Positions 6,218 through 14,359 of a stretch of DNA of 43,550 bases are shown piece by piece (within the stretch, counting starts at the first letter, position 1; each line of letters opens with the position of its first letter). The stretch lies in NCBI GenBank assembly GCA_964465625.1, contig CAYXIC010000001.1:1-43550 (forward strand), read 5' to 3'. Below the pieces are notes generated by a model. It did no database searches. It saw nothing but the letters and a program-made list of their open reading frames with translations, and was not told the origin of the DNA. The position numbers were made by a program, and so were the translations under genes. The stretch is from Candidatus Woesearchaeota archaeon. GTDB taxonomy: Archaea > Nanobdellota > Nanobdellia > Pacearchaeales > GW2011-AR1.

Positions 6218-7696
6218 TTACCTTAAAACAACCGGCTTTTTTTCGCTGTAAAATTTAATAGCCTCGTTCAGCCTGGTTTTTGTCTCCGAATAAATAGTCA
6301 ATATCCTGTCTTTTTTCCTTATCCTGTCCCCGACATGGAAATAAAGGTAAATTCCGGAAAACTTGTCTGCAGGACAGCCGAGAATTCTTGCCATTGAGAC
6401 TATTTTTTTGTTGTTTATCTCTGCAATTTTGCCGCCTCTTTTCGCGATTATGTCTTTCTTGAACTTCGCTTCCCTCAATTTTCGCAGGCTTCCCCCCTGG
6501 GCTTTTATTATCTGCTTGAATTTCTCAAACGCCTTTCCGGAATAAAGAATTTCCCTTGCAGCGTCCTTTCCCTTGCCGTTTTGCGCCTTTCCGGTCATCT
6601 CAAGTATCTTTCCAGAAAGAAGCAGCGCTTTTTCCTCCAGGTCTTGCGGGCTTTTTTTCTTGGGATCAAGAACGCTTGCCACATCCCTCATTTCCAAACC
6701 AGGACCTATGCCGTTGCCTATTGGCTGGTTTCCTTTTGTGATTACGCATTTCAGCCTTTTGTTGAAGTATCTCGCGATGTCCTTAAATTCCTCCTTTAGC
6801 CTTTCAGCCCTGTTTTTGCTGACCTTTGAATTTTTTCCGTACGGAATGTCCAACAAGATATACTTGCTTCCGACTGCAAGCTTTTTGGAAAGTATCGAGG
6901 CAATCATTTGAGAATAAGGATCTATGGCCAACGTCTTTTCAACGCCCAATATCCTCGAGTCTGCAGGAACCATTTCCAAAGAGCCACCCCACACCATGAA
7001 TGCATTGGTTTTCTTCAGGATTTTTTTTAATTCGTTCAAGGAGAAGTCAACTCTCGCGATTGACTCCACAGCGTCCGCGGTTCCGGCTGCGCTTGTTATC
7101 GCTCTTGACGAGGTTTTGGGAAATGTCAATCCTGCCGCGGCGCAGATTGAAACAACTATCGGCGTTGTCCTGTTTCCGGGAACCCCTCCGACAGAGTGCT
7201 TGTCGACAATAAACTCGCTCCTTATGCTCATCTTGTTTCCGTACTTCAGCATCGCCTTTATCATGTTGATGATTTCTTTTTTTGTCATTCCCTCCTTGCA
7301 CATTCCCGAGACGAAAAGCGCGATTTCCGCCTCAGAGAGCGAATTGCCGACAATGTCCTTGACAATCTCGTTTATCTCGTTCCCGGAGAGCCTGTGCCCG
7401 TTGAGTTTTTTCTTGATGAACGCCAAACTCCTTGTCACGGAGGCTATGTTCACGTCAACCTTTTGGCGGTTCTTCAGGCCAAGCCTGTTCTTCACTTCGG
7501 AAGAAACAAGAATCTCGTCCTTTTTTATGCGCCCGTTCATGTCTATGACAGAGGAAATTTCCTTGGGATATTTGGAAATGGTTTTTATCGAGACCATTTC
7601 CTGCGTGTGAACGCCGATTGTTTTCGCGGTCTCCTGATTAAGCATTACAACTGGAAGACCTGCATCCCAATCGGAAAGCCTTACCTTAAGTTCCAT
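6218..7696 (-). CDS. deoA: AMP phosphorylase (thymidine phosphorylase family, archaeal DeoA type)
   Basis: 492 aa. An extra N-terminal domain (MELKVRLSDWDAGLPVVMLNQETAKTIGVH...) precedes a thymidine-phosphorylase-family core with KHSVGGVPGNRTT. The architecture matches archaeal AMP phosphorylases. Confidence 0.8.
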   Translation of the reverse strand: MELKVRLSDWDAGLPVVMLNQETAKTIGVHTQEMVSIKTISKYPKEISSVIDMNGRIKKDEILVSSEVKNRLGLKNRQKVDVNIASVTRSLAFIKKKLNGHRLSGNEINEIVKDIVGNSLSEAEIALFVSGMCKEGMTKKEIINMIKAMLKYGNKMSIRSEFIVDKHSVGGVPGNRTTPIVVSICAAAGLTFPKTSSRAITSAAGTADAVESIARVDFSLNELKKILKKTNAFMVWGGSLEMVPADSRILGVEKTLAIDPYSQMIASILSKKLAVGSKYILLDIPYGKNSKVSKNRAERLKEEFKDIARYFNKRLKCVITKGNQPIGNGIGPGLEMRDVASVLDPKKKSPQDLEEKALLLSGKILEMTGKAQNGKGKDAAREILYSGKAFEKFKQIIKAQGGSLRKLREAKFKKDIIAKRGGKIAEINNKKIVSMARILGCPADKFSGIYLYFHVGDRIRKKDRILTIYSETKTRLNEAIKFYSEKKPVVLR

Positions 7697-7709
7697 TTAC
7701 CATACCCCT

Positions 7710-8750
7710 TTACGGCTTTTTTTCCGGCACAAAAATTCCTCCCACTATCTGTTTTCCCCTATAAATTTCGAGCATTATGAATGCATAGGCTATTATCAAA
7801 GGCCCAACTATTAATCCAAGAATTCCGAAGAAGAACAATCCCCCTATCATTCCCACAAGGACTAGCAATGGATGAAGGTTGGTCATTCTTGACACAAAAA
7901 GAGGCCTTAGAATATTGTCGATGAAAGTTGAGAGAACTCCGAAAATCGTAACCCCGACTGCGGGAAAGGTGTTTCCGGCAATGATGAGATAAATAACAAC
8001 AGGGAGCCAAACGACAGCGGTGCCGATTATAGGGAGTATGCCCGCCAATATTGCAAGGAAAGTGAGAAGGAACGCGTTGTTCACGCCGAATGCGAAAAGC
8101 CCTATTCCCACGATTATTCCCTGTATTGTCCCTATTATGACCTGCCCGTAGATTACGGAGTAAATCATGTCTTTTGACGAAAGGAAAAGCTTGTCCTTTA
8201 CGTCCTTTGAAAAAGGAAGTATGTTTTTCAGGTAATCGCCAAAATACTCCTTGTCCCTCAGGACAAAGAAGAAAGTAAAGAATATGACCAGTACCTGCAG
8301 GACTATTGTCGGAAAGTTAAGTATCAGTTGAGAGAGCCAGTTGACGAGGGCGTTTATGGCTTTTGTCGTGAAAGAGGAGATTATGGGACCTATCTCGTTT
8401 GAGAACTGTTCCGAGGCAAAAAAAGAGGGGAATATGGTTTTTAGTATGGCTATGAAGTCTATTTGCTGCGACACCTGATAAATTTGGAAGGATTGGTTCA
8501 CAAAGATAGGTATCAAAAACCAAAACGGAAGGATTAGCAAAAGGAACAGGAATATGCATATAAGAGAAGCGGAAATTGTAGCTGACCTGAATATCCTAAG
8601 AAGCCAGTTGTGCAGCGGAGAGAACAAAACAACAAGTATTATTCCGAGGATTATCGACAAAAGTATTGGCTTCAGAATGAGAAAGGACAGCGCGGCAAGC
8701 GCCAAGAGAACAATGGTAGTTGTCGTCTTTTTCAGGTATTCGTCTTCCAT
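7710..8750 (-). CDS. AI-2E family transporter (PerM/UPF0118) membrane protein
   Basis: About 8 hydrophobic helices. The C-terminal ILRPLFVSRMTNLHPLLVLVGMIGGLFFFGILGLIVGP is typical of the family. Confidence 0.75.
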   Translation of the reverse strand: MEDEYLKKTTTTIVLLALAALSFLILKPILLSIILGIILVVLFSPLHNWLLRIFRSATISASLICIFLFLLLILPFWFLIPIFVNQSFQIYQVSQQIDFIAILKTIFPSFFASEQFSNEIGPIISSFTTKAINALVNWLSQLILNFPTIVLQVLVIFFTFFFVLRDKEYFGDYLKNILPFSKDVKDKLFLSSKDMIYSVIYGQVIIGTIQGIIVGIGLFAFGVNNAFLLTFLAILAGILPIIGTAVVWLPVVIYLIIAGNTFPAVGVTIFGVLSTFIDNILRPLFVSRMTNLHPLLVLVGMIGGLFFFGILGLIVGPLIIAYAFIMLEIYRGKQIVGGIFVPEKKP

Positions 8751-8826
8751 CGGATTAAAAAACTGATTAAATTTATAAACTTATGCAAATAAAAAGATTA
8801 AAAACCATGTTAGCGAGGAAAAATTA

Positions 8827-9543
8827 ATGAATTTTATAAAAAAAATCTTTGACGGCAGGATTGACGAATCCGTGCACTTGCAGTTTCAGAAGTTCAGCAA
8901 GGGGCGGTTCAGTCAAAGGGCCATAATAGTCGCAAAAAAGTCAAGGGATTCCCACAGGATTTCCACAGGCCCTGAATTTGCAAACGAACTTGTCAGGCAG
9001 TTGGCGGAAGAGCTTGGAAATTCCAAAACAAGTGTGACAGGCGTAATAGTGTCGACGCTGAATCTCAACGAAGAACCCAAGTTCAGGGATATTCTTGGAC
9101 ATTGCGACGTAAAGCAGTTCATGGGGGTAAAACAGTTCAAGGTTAACAAGGAACTTTCGGGAAATGAAATTCTTGAACTTGCGGAAAATTTCCAAAAGGC
9201 GTTTTTTGCCCTTAGCTTCGGCGCTAAAGACTCTGAACTGAAGATAAAACCCAAGGCTCCAAAGTCCGCAAAGCCGTCGACAAAGTCTGATGAAAAGATA
9301 AAGGCTGACTTTTGCAAGATTGCGACAAAAAACAAATCCTTCGGAGAAGAGTTTGTCTTTGAAAAAAAGGACTTCAAAAGCGCGGAGATAAGCCATGACT
9401 TCATGATAGAAAACATAATCCTTCCAAAGAGCGAGAAGGACTTCGCAAAAATCCGCGAGATGGCGCAGAGGCAGGGAAGAATTTTAAGAAATGCCGTGAT
9501 TGACGGCAAAGAAATGAAAAGCGAGAAGGAATTCACGGCGTGA
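8827..9543 (+). CDS. hypothetical protein, 238 aa
   Basis: ORF directly upstream of the r-protein operon. It has a Lys/Pro/Ser-rich linker (KPKAPKSAKPSTKSDEK). No motif recognised, and the antisense ORF 8913-9536 is low-complexity shadow. Confidence 0.55.
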   Translation: MNFIKKIFDGRIDESVHLQFQKFSKGRFSQRAIIVAKKSRDSHRISTGPEFANELVRQLAEELGNSKTSVTGVIVSTLNLNEEPKFRDILGHCDVKQFMGVKQFKVNKELSGNEILELAENFQKAFFALSFGAKDSELKIKPKAPKSAKPSTKSDEKIKADFCKIATKNKSFGEEFVFEKKDFKSAEISHDFMIENIILPKSEKDFAKIREMAQRQGRILRNAVIDGKEMKSEKEFTA

Positions 9544-9558
9544 TTTTCCCCAAAACAC

Positions 9559-9566
9559 TTTTAAAG
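9559..9566 (+). promoter_or_regulatory. TATA-like box upstream of the uL3 operon
   Basis: TTTTAAAG lies in the 84-nt gap before uL3, about 62 nt before ATG 9628, so this transcript would carry a short 5' UTR. Confidence 0.35.
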
Positions 9567-9627
9567 CCAGATTTTCTCATTCTTTACATTCCAGGGAAAA
9601 GTAAAATGCAATCCGCATTAGAAAGAA

Positions 9628-10599
9628 ATGCCAACAAAAAGATCGCCGAGAAAGGGAAGTCTGCAGTTCTGGCCAAGAAAAAGGGCCAGGAAATTCTTGC
9701 CTAGTGTCAACTGGAAAGCGATCAATTCCCAAAATTCGAATAATTCTCCAAAAAACCTCAAGGGTTTCATATGCTACAAGGTGGGAATGGCCTCTGCAAG
9801 CGTGAAGGACAACACGCCTGATTCAATGACGAAGGGAAAAACAATCGTGATTCCCGTGACAATTCTCAGCTGCCCTGAAATGAAGATTCTATCGGCAAGA
9901 TTCTACAAAAATCAAAAAGTTGCGAAAGAGGTTCTCGCCGAAAATCTTGACAAGGAAATTGCAAGCAGGATTAGGGTTCCAAAAAACAAGGGGAAAAAAA
10001 TAGGCCTTGAGGGCTTTAAGGCAGAGGAATACGAAGACATAAGGCTTGTTGCGTACTCACAGGTCAAAAAAACAGGGCTGAAGAAAACCCCTGACATTGC
10101 GGAAATAGGGCTTAGGGGAAACAGCGACGAAAAGTTAAGGTTCATAAAGGAAAATATTGGAAAGGAAATTTCCATTGCAGACGTTTTTTCAAAGGGGCAG
10201 CTTGTGGACCTAAGGGGTTTGACGAAGGGAAAGGGCTTTGTCGGCCCTGTAAAGAGATTCGGAATACAATTGAAGCAGCACAAGTCGGAGAAGGGAAGGA
10301 GGCGTCCTGGAAGTTTGGGACCATGGCATCCCGCGCGTGTAACCTTCAAAGCCCCCTTAGCAGGCCAATTGGGGATGTTTTCAAGGGTAAGCTACAACAA
10401 CAAAATCATTGACATAAAAAGCTCCAAAGATTCCGAGATGAAAGGAGTGAAAAATTTTGGTGACGTCAAAAACGACTATGCAATAGTCTACGGAAGCGTC
10501 CAGGGTCCTGAAAAAAGGCAATTGATCATCACTTCCGCCCTGAGGGAGACAAAAAGGCAGTCCAAGAAAAATTACGAACTTTTGGAGATGATAAAATGA
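9628..10599 (+). CDS. rpl3: ribosomal protein uL3
   Basis: MPTKRSPRKGSLQFWPRKRA... and GKGFVGPVKRFG are hallmark archaeal L3 segments. Confidence 0.95.
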   Translation: MPTKRSPRKGSLQFWPRKRARKFLPSVNWKAINSQNSNNSPKNLKGFICYKVGMASASVKDNTPDSMTKGKTIVIPVTILSCPEMKILSARFYKNQKVAKEVLAENLDKEIASRIRVPKNKGKKIGLEGFKAEEYEDIRLVAYSQVKKTGLKKTPDIAEIGLRGNSDEKLRFIKENIGKEISIADVFSKGQLVDLRGLTKGKGFVGPVKRFGIQLKQHKSEKGRRRPGSLGPWHPARVTFKAPLAGQLGMFSRVSYNNKIIDIKSSKDSEMKGVKNFGDVKNDYAIVYGSVQGPEKRQLIITSALRETKRQSKKNYELLEMIK

Positions 10600-10907
10600 C
10601 TTCTGAAACACAAAACATAAGAAAAGTGGCAAAATTTAGGGCGGATAGCGCTTTGCACAGCATGAACACATGTTTGACTCTTGCAGAATATGCTATTGGA
10701 AAATTGAATTTAGGACATCCAAACAACAATCTTATTATCACTTTAAATGAGTGTGCCAAAAATTATGTGCATAACAGGGATACTGCAATTGGATATTATG
10801 GAAATTTACCCGGTTTTCCAAGGAGAATTAGAGTACCGTCAAAATTTAGGGGTAACATCGATGAGTTAAACAGAAGAGGCATAGTTTCTGGAGAGGTTTC
10901 ATATTAA
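10596..10907 (+). CDS. orphan ORF A, 103 aa, inserted between uL3 and uL4
   Basis: A single open frame fills the junction exactly. ATGA overlap with the uL3 stop, TAAAATG junction to uL4, and GGAGAGG near its 3' end. About 36% GC (111/312, hand count). No motif recognised. Confidence 0.65.
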   Translation: MTSETQNIRKVAKFRADSALHSMNTCLTLAEYAIGKLNLGHPNNNLIITLNECAKNYVHNRDTAIGYYGNLPGFPRRIRVPSKFRGNIDELNRRGIVSGEVSY

Positions 10908-10908
10908 A

Positions 10909-11766
10909 ATGAAAGCCGCTGTTTTGTCCGTAGACGGAAAGAAAATCAGGGACGTGGAATTGCCGGCATGCTTCTCATATGAAATAAGGGATGACGTTGT
11001 CTCAAAAGTTCTTGAGGCAAGAAAGACAAAGCAGCCTTATTACCCAATGCTTCTTGCGGGAAAGCAGTATTCGGCAAGCGGGATAATTCCCCACAGAAGA
11101 AACGTATGGAAAACCCACTACAAAAAAGGCATTTCAAGAATCCCGAGAAAAATAGTTTCGAGAAAAGGTTCGCAGTTTGTGTGGATAGGGGCAACTATTC
11201 CGGGAACTGTCGGCGGTCGCAGGGCGCATCCCCCAAAACTTCTTTCAATGACTACAAGAAAAAAGATAAACAAAAACGAGATGAAAATAGCCCTTTTGTC
11301 GGCTTTAAGCGCAACAGCCAGCGAAAAGCAATTGTCCAGGAAATATCCTGCATTAAATTCAAAGAGCATCGAGAATGTAAAACTTCCCCTGATCGTTGAA
11401 TCAAAGTTATTGTCCCTAAAGACAAAAGATATGATCGGCAGCCTGAGAAAAATCCTGGACAAGGACCTTGCCAATATCGCATTCAAAAAAAAATCCATAA
11501 GAAGCGGCAGAGGCAAGCTGAGGGGAAGAAAGCACAAAAAAAATGCAGGGGCGCTGATGGTTTTTGGCGACAGGGAAAAAATGAAGGCAAATGTCCTTGA
11601 CAGTTCAAACGTTAAAAACCTGAGCGTTGCAAATCTTGCAAAAGGCGGACAGGGAAGGCTTGTTGTCTACACCGAAGAGGCGATTAAGGAGATTGATGAA
11701 AAGTTCAAAAATTCGCCCAAGGTTGGCCAAATTAAGGAATTAAACGGCAAATTTAAGGAAAAATGA
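10909..11766 (+). CDS. rpl4: ribosomal protein uL4
   Basis: MKAAVLSVDGKKIRDVELP...GKQYSASG...RGRKHKKNAG is typical archaeal L4 (L1e). Confidence 0.95.
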   Translation: MKAAVLSVDGKKIRDVELPACFSYEIRDDVVSKVLEARKTKQPYYPMLLAGKQYSASGIIPHRRNVWKTHYKKGISRIPRKIVSRKGSQFVWIGATIPGTVGGRRAHPPKLLSMTTRKKINKNEMKIALLSALSATASEKQLSRKYPALNSKSIENVKLPLIVESKLLSLKTKDMIGSLRKILDKDLANIAFKKKSIRSGRGKLRGRKHKKNAGALMVFGDREKMKANVLDSSNVKNLSVANLAKGGQGRLVVYTEEAIKEIDEKFKNSPKVGQIKELNGKFKEK

Positions 11767-12398
11767 ACGCGAATCCCGTTGTTTTGGACATTGAAACATC
11801 CGGCCTTGACAAAGAAAAGTGCGGAATATGGCAGATAGGCGCAATAGACCTAGACGACACAAATGAAATTTTCTTTGAGGAGTCAAAGATTGACAATGAA
11901 GACATGGTTGAAGACGATGCGGCGGAAGTTATTGGAAAAAATGAATCAGACTTGAGGGACAAAAACAAGCAATCCCAAAAAGAGCTTTTGGAGAATTTTT
12001 TCAAATGGATGCAAAAAAGAAAGATAAGAAATCTGCTGTGCCAAAATCCGCAGTTTGACGTAACCTTTTTGGAGATAAGGGCAAAAAAATACGGGATAAA
12101 AAAAACAGTACAGCACAGGGCATTTGACCTTCATTCAATAGCGCAGACAAAATATCTTGCCATAAATGACGGCTTTTTGCTTAAGAGGAATAATGATTCA
12201 AGGATGGAAAGCGACATGGGGCTTACAAATACGCTTAATTTTTGCGGAATTCCCGACGAAAGGGGCAAGCACAACGCGCTTGAGGATTGCAAGCTTACCG
12301 CGGAATGTTTTTTTAGGATCATGCACGGAAAGGGCCTTTTTCCAGAGTATTCACAATTTAAAATCCCGAATTATCTTTTGAAGGAGAAAACAAAATGA
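11763..12398 (+). CDS. DEDDh (DnaQ-like) 3'-5' exonuclease, inserted between uL4 and uL23
   Basis: Exo I VVLDIETSGLD, Exo II NPQFDVTFL, Exo III HNALEDCKLTAE (H-x4-D). ATGA overlaps at both ends. Confidence 0.8.
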   Translation: MNANPVVLDIETSGLDKEKCGIWQIGAIDLDDTNEIFFEESKIDNEDMVEDDAAEVIGKNESDLRDKNKQSQKELLENFFKWMQKRKIRNLLCQNPQFDVTFLEIRAKKYGIKKTVQHRAFDLHSIAQTKYLAINDGFLLKRNNDSRMESDMGLTNTLNFCGIPDERGKHNALEDCKLTAECFFRIMHGKGLFPEYSQFKIPNYLLKEKTK

Positions 12399-12670
12399 GT
12401 GAATCTGAATTGAGGAAAATGGAAACATATCACGTATCTACAAACCCGAATAGCTTGTCAAAAGGTATGGAAATGGAATATTTAGGAAGAGACGTTAATG
12501 GGGAGTATGTATTTGGGAGTTTTATGAGAGAAAGAGGCGATATGACAATTGTTAATGGAAAAAGAATAAGGGTTGATGGAACAAATGTTTTAATTGAAGA
12601 TGGTGAGTTTGTAAATCGCGGGAATATTCCCGATATTAAAATTAAATCAGAAGAAAGAGGGGTGCATTGA
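12395..12670 (+). CDS. orphan ORF B, 91 aa
   Basis: The open frame fills the gap between the exonuclease (ATGA overlap) and uL23, ending 2 nt before ATG 12673. AGAGGGGTG near its 3' end. About 35% GC (96/276). Acidic, beta-rich-looking, no motif recognised. Confidence 0.6.
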   Translation: MSESELRKMETYHVSTNPNSLSKGMEMEYLGRDVNGEYVFGSFMRERGDMTIVNGKRIRVDGTNVLIEDGEFVNRGNIPDIKIKSEERGVH

Positions 12671-12672
12671 AA

Positions 12673-12915
12673 ATGACATTAAAGCCCCTAACGACGGAAA
12701 AGGCGGTAATGCTGATTGAAAGGGAAAACACCCTTACGTTCGAAACTTCCAGGGACATGAAAAAGGAAGAGATAAAGAAGAACGTTGAGGAAATTTTTGA
12801 GGTAAAGGTCGAAAGAATAAGGGCTTTGGTAAGAAGCGGAAAAAAATACGCTTATGTCAAACTTAAAAAGGAATTTCCGGCCATAGACGTGGCGACGAAA
12901 TTGGGGATGATATGA
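12673..12915 (+). CDS. rpl23: ribosomal protein uL23
   Basis: MTLKPLTTEKAVMLIERENTLTFETSRDMKKEEIKKNVEEIFEVKV... is typical L23. The track start at 12667 is a TTG, so ATG 12673 is preferred. Confidence 0.9.
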   Translation: MTLKPLTTEKAVMLIERENTLTFETSRDMKKEEIKKNVEEIFEVKVERIRALVRSGKKYAYVKLKKEFPAIDVATKLGMI

Positions 12916-13217
12916 TGGCATTGGCGGAAAAACTTAGTTATTCAGATAGAAAACATGAATTCAGAGAAGGAGATGTCTTGATAATTTGGTTTGGAGAAAA
13001 AAGCAGGTTATGTGTTTATGATGGAATGGATGAAGACACTGGAAGGGAAAGATTTATTTCAAGATTATGCGGCGAAGTTGTCGAATACCATGGAGTTTGT
13101 ACAGGTTATGATCCAAGAAAGGGATATATAATGGGCATGGGTGAACAAATGCACCTTCCAAAGGACGGTAAAGACAATGAAAGAATAAAAAAAATCTTGG
13201 AGGACATAGGAAATTAA
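12912..13217 (+). CDS. orphan ORF C, 101 aa, inserted between uL23 and uL2
   Basis: ATGA overlap with the uL23 stop, TAAAATG junction to uL2, and GGAGGACATAGG near its 3' end. About 36% GC (111/306). Contains C34, C53, H60 and C63. No motif recognised. Confidence 0.6.
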   Translation: MMALAEKLSYSDRKHEFREGDVLIIWFGEKSRLCVYDGMDEDTGRERFISRLCGEVVEYHGVCTGYDPRKGYIMGMGEQMHLPKDGKDNERIKKILEDIGN

Positions 13218-13218
13218 A

Positions 13219-13920
13219 ATGGGCAAGAGAATAATACAGCAGGCCAGGGGAAAGGGAAGCAACACATATCGCGTTAGAAGAAAGGCTTTTGTATACAGGC
13301 TGAAATATCCAAACAGAATGGAGGGCGAGGGTTTCGTGATAAGGCTGATAAATTCAAGCGGGCACAGCGCGCCTTTGGCAAAAATAAAATACAGCGAGGG
13401 CGTCTTTTACATTCCTGCCTTCCAGGGAATGACTGAAAACCAAAAGATAAGCTTCGGTTCGAAGGATGTTTCTCCTGGAAACATCATGATGCTTAAGGAC
13501 ATTCCCGTAAAGACCAACGTGTATTGCATTGAGTCAAGGCCGGGAGACGGGGGCATTTTCATAAAAACAGCGGGAAGCTCCGCAGTTGTCAGCAAGGTAA
13601 TCGGCGATGACATATTTTTGCTTATGGCGTCGAAAAAGGAAAAAAAATTCAACAAGGAATGCAGGGCTATTGTGGGAACAATTGCCGGCGCAGGAAGGCT
13701 GGAAAAGCCGATAGTAAAGGCGGGAAAAATGCATTTCATAAAAAAGACAAGGAACAAGCTTTGGCCAAGGACATCCGCCGTCAAGATGAACGCAGTGGAC
13801 CATCCGTTTGGTTCGGGAAGGGGGAAGAGGATAAAGAGCAAGATAGCAAAGAGAAACGCGCCTCCGGGGGCGAGAGTCGGGTTGATAAGGCCGAGAAGGA
13901 CCGGGAGAAGGAAAAAATGA
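13219..13920 (+). CDS. rpl2: ribosomal protein uL2
   Basis: MGKRIIQQARGKGS...SSGHSAPLAKIKY...VDHPFGSGRG are hallmark L2 motifs. Confidence 0.95.
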   Translation: MGKRIIQQARGKGSNTYRVRRKAFVYRLKYPNRMEGEGFVIRLINSSGHSAPLAKIKYSEGVFYIPAFQGMTENQKISFGSKDVSPGNIMMLKDIPVKTNVYCIESRPGDGGIFIKTAGSSAVVSKVIGDDIFLLMASKKEKKFNKECRAIVGTIAGAGRLEKPIVKAGKMHFIKKTRNKLWPRTSAVKMNAVDHPFGSGRGKRIKSKIAKRNAPPGARVGLIRPRRTGRRKK

Positions 13921-13967
13921 AAACATTCACATTCCATCAATTAAAATCGACGGAGGGGAAAAAATAA

Positions 13968-14357
13968 ATGGTTGAGAAAAAGCAGTTCACATTCAGGGGA
14001 AAAACCCTTGACGAGCTGAAAAAAATGGAAGTAAGGGAATTTGCAAAGTTCCTAAAATCAAAGGGAAGAAGGTTTGCATTAAGGCATTTTCAGGAAATTG
14101 ATGGATTCATAAGCAGGGCGAACAGGAAAATAGAGAAAAACAAGCCTGTAAAAACCCACTTGAGGGATCTGATAATAGTTCCAAGAATGGTCGGAATGAA
14201 ATTGCATATACACGACGGAAGAAAATTCGCGCCGGTTGACATCGTCGAAGAAATGCTGGGCCACAGATTCGGCGAATTTGCGCTTACAAGGGCAAGAATA
14301 AAGCACGGCAAGGCGGGAATCGGCGCAACCAAGGGAACAAAGGCCAAGGCAAAATAA
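13968..14357 (+). CDS. rps19: ribosomal protein uS19
   Basis: FTFRGKTLDELKKMEVREFAKFL...VGMKLHIHDGRKFAPVDIVEEMLGHRFGEFALTR is typical S19. GGAGGGG lies upstream. Confidence 0.95.
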   Translation: MVEKKQFTFRGKTLDELKKMEVREFAKFLKSKGRRFALRHFQEIDGFISRANRKIEKNKPVKTHLRDLIIVPRMVGMKLHIHDGRKFAPVDIVEEMLGHRFGEFALTRARIKHGKAGIGATKGTKAKAK

Positions 14358-14359
14358 AA

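Noticed and set aside
9606-9707. A 33-codon upstream ORF (ATG 9606) overlapping the uL3 start in another frame.
   Set aside because: It has no Shine-Dalgarno or other supporting feature, and it overlaps the well-supported uL3 N-terminus. It most likely arises by chance.
13659-13967. A 102-aa alternative-frame ORF inside the 3' part of uL2. Similar in-gene alternative-frame ORFs include 4173-4376, 11106-11399 and 19851-20039.
   Set aside because: They overlap strongly supported r-protein frames and translate to Arg/Lys/Glu-rich low complexity. Only the last 16 codons (13917-13967) are noted separately, as a possible coupling micro-ORF.
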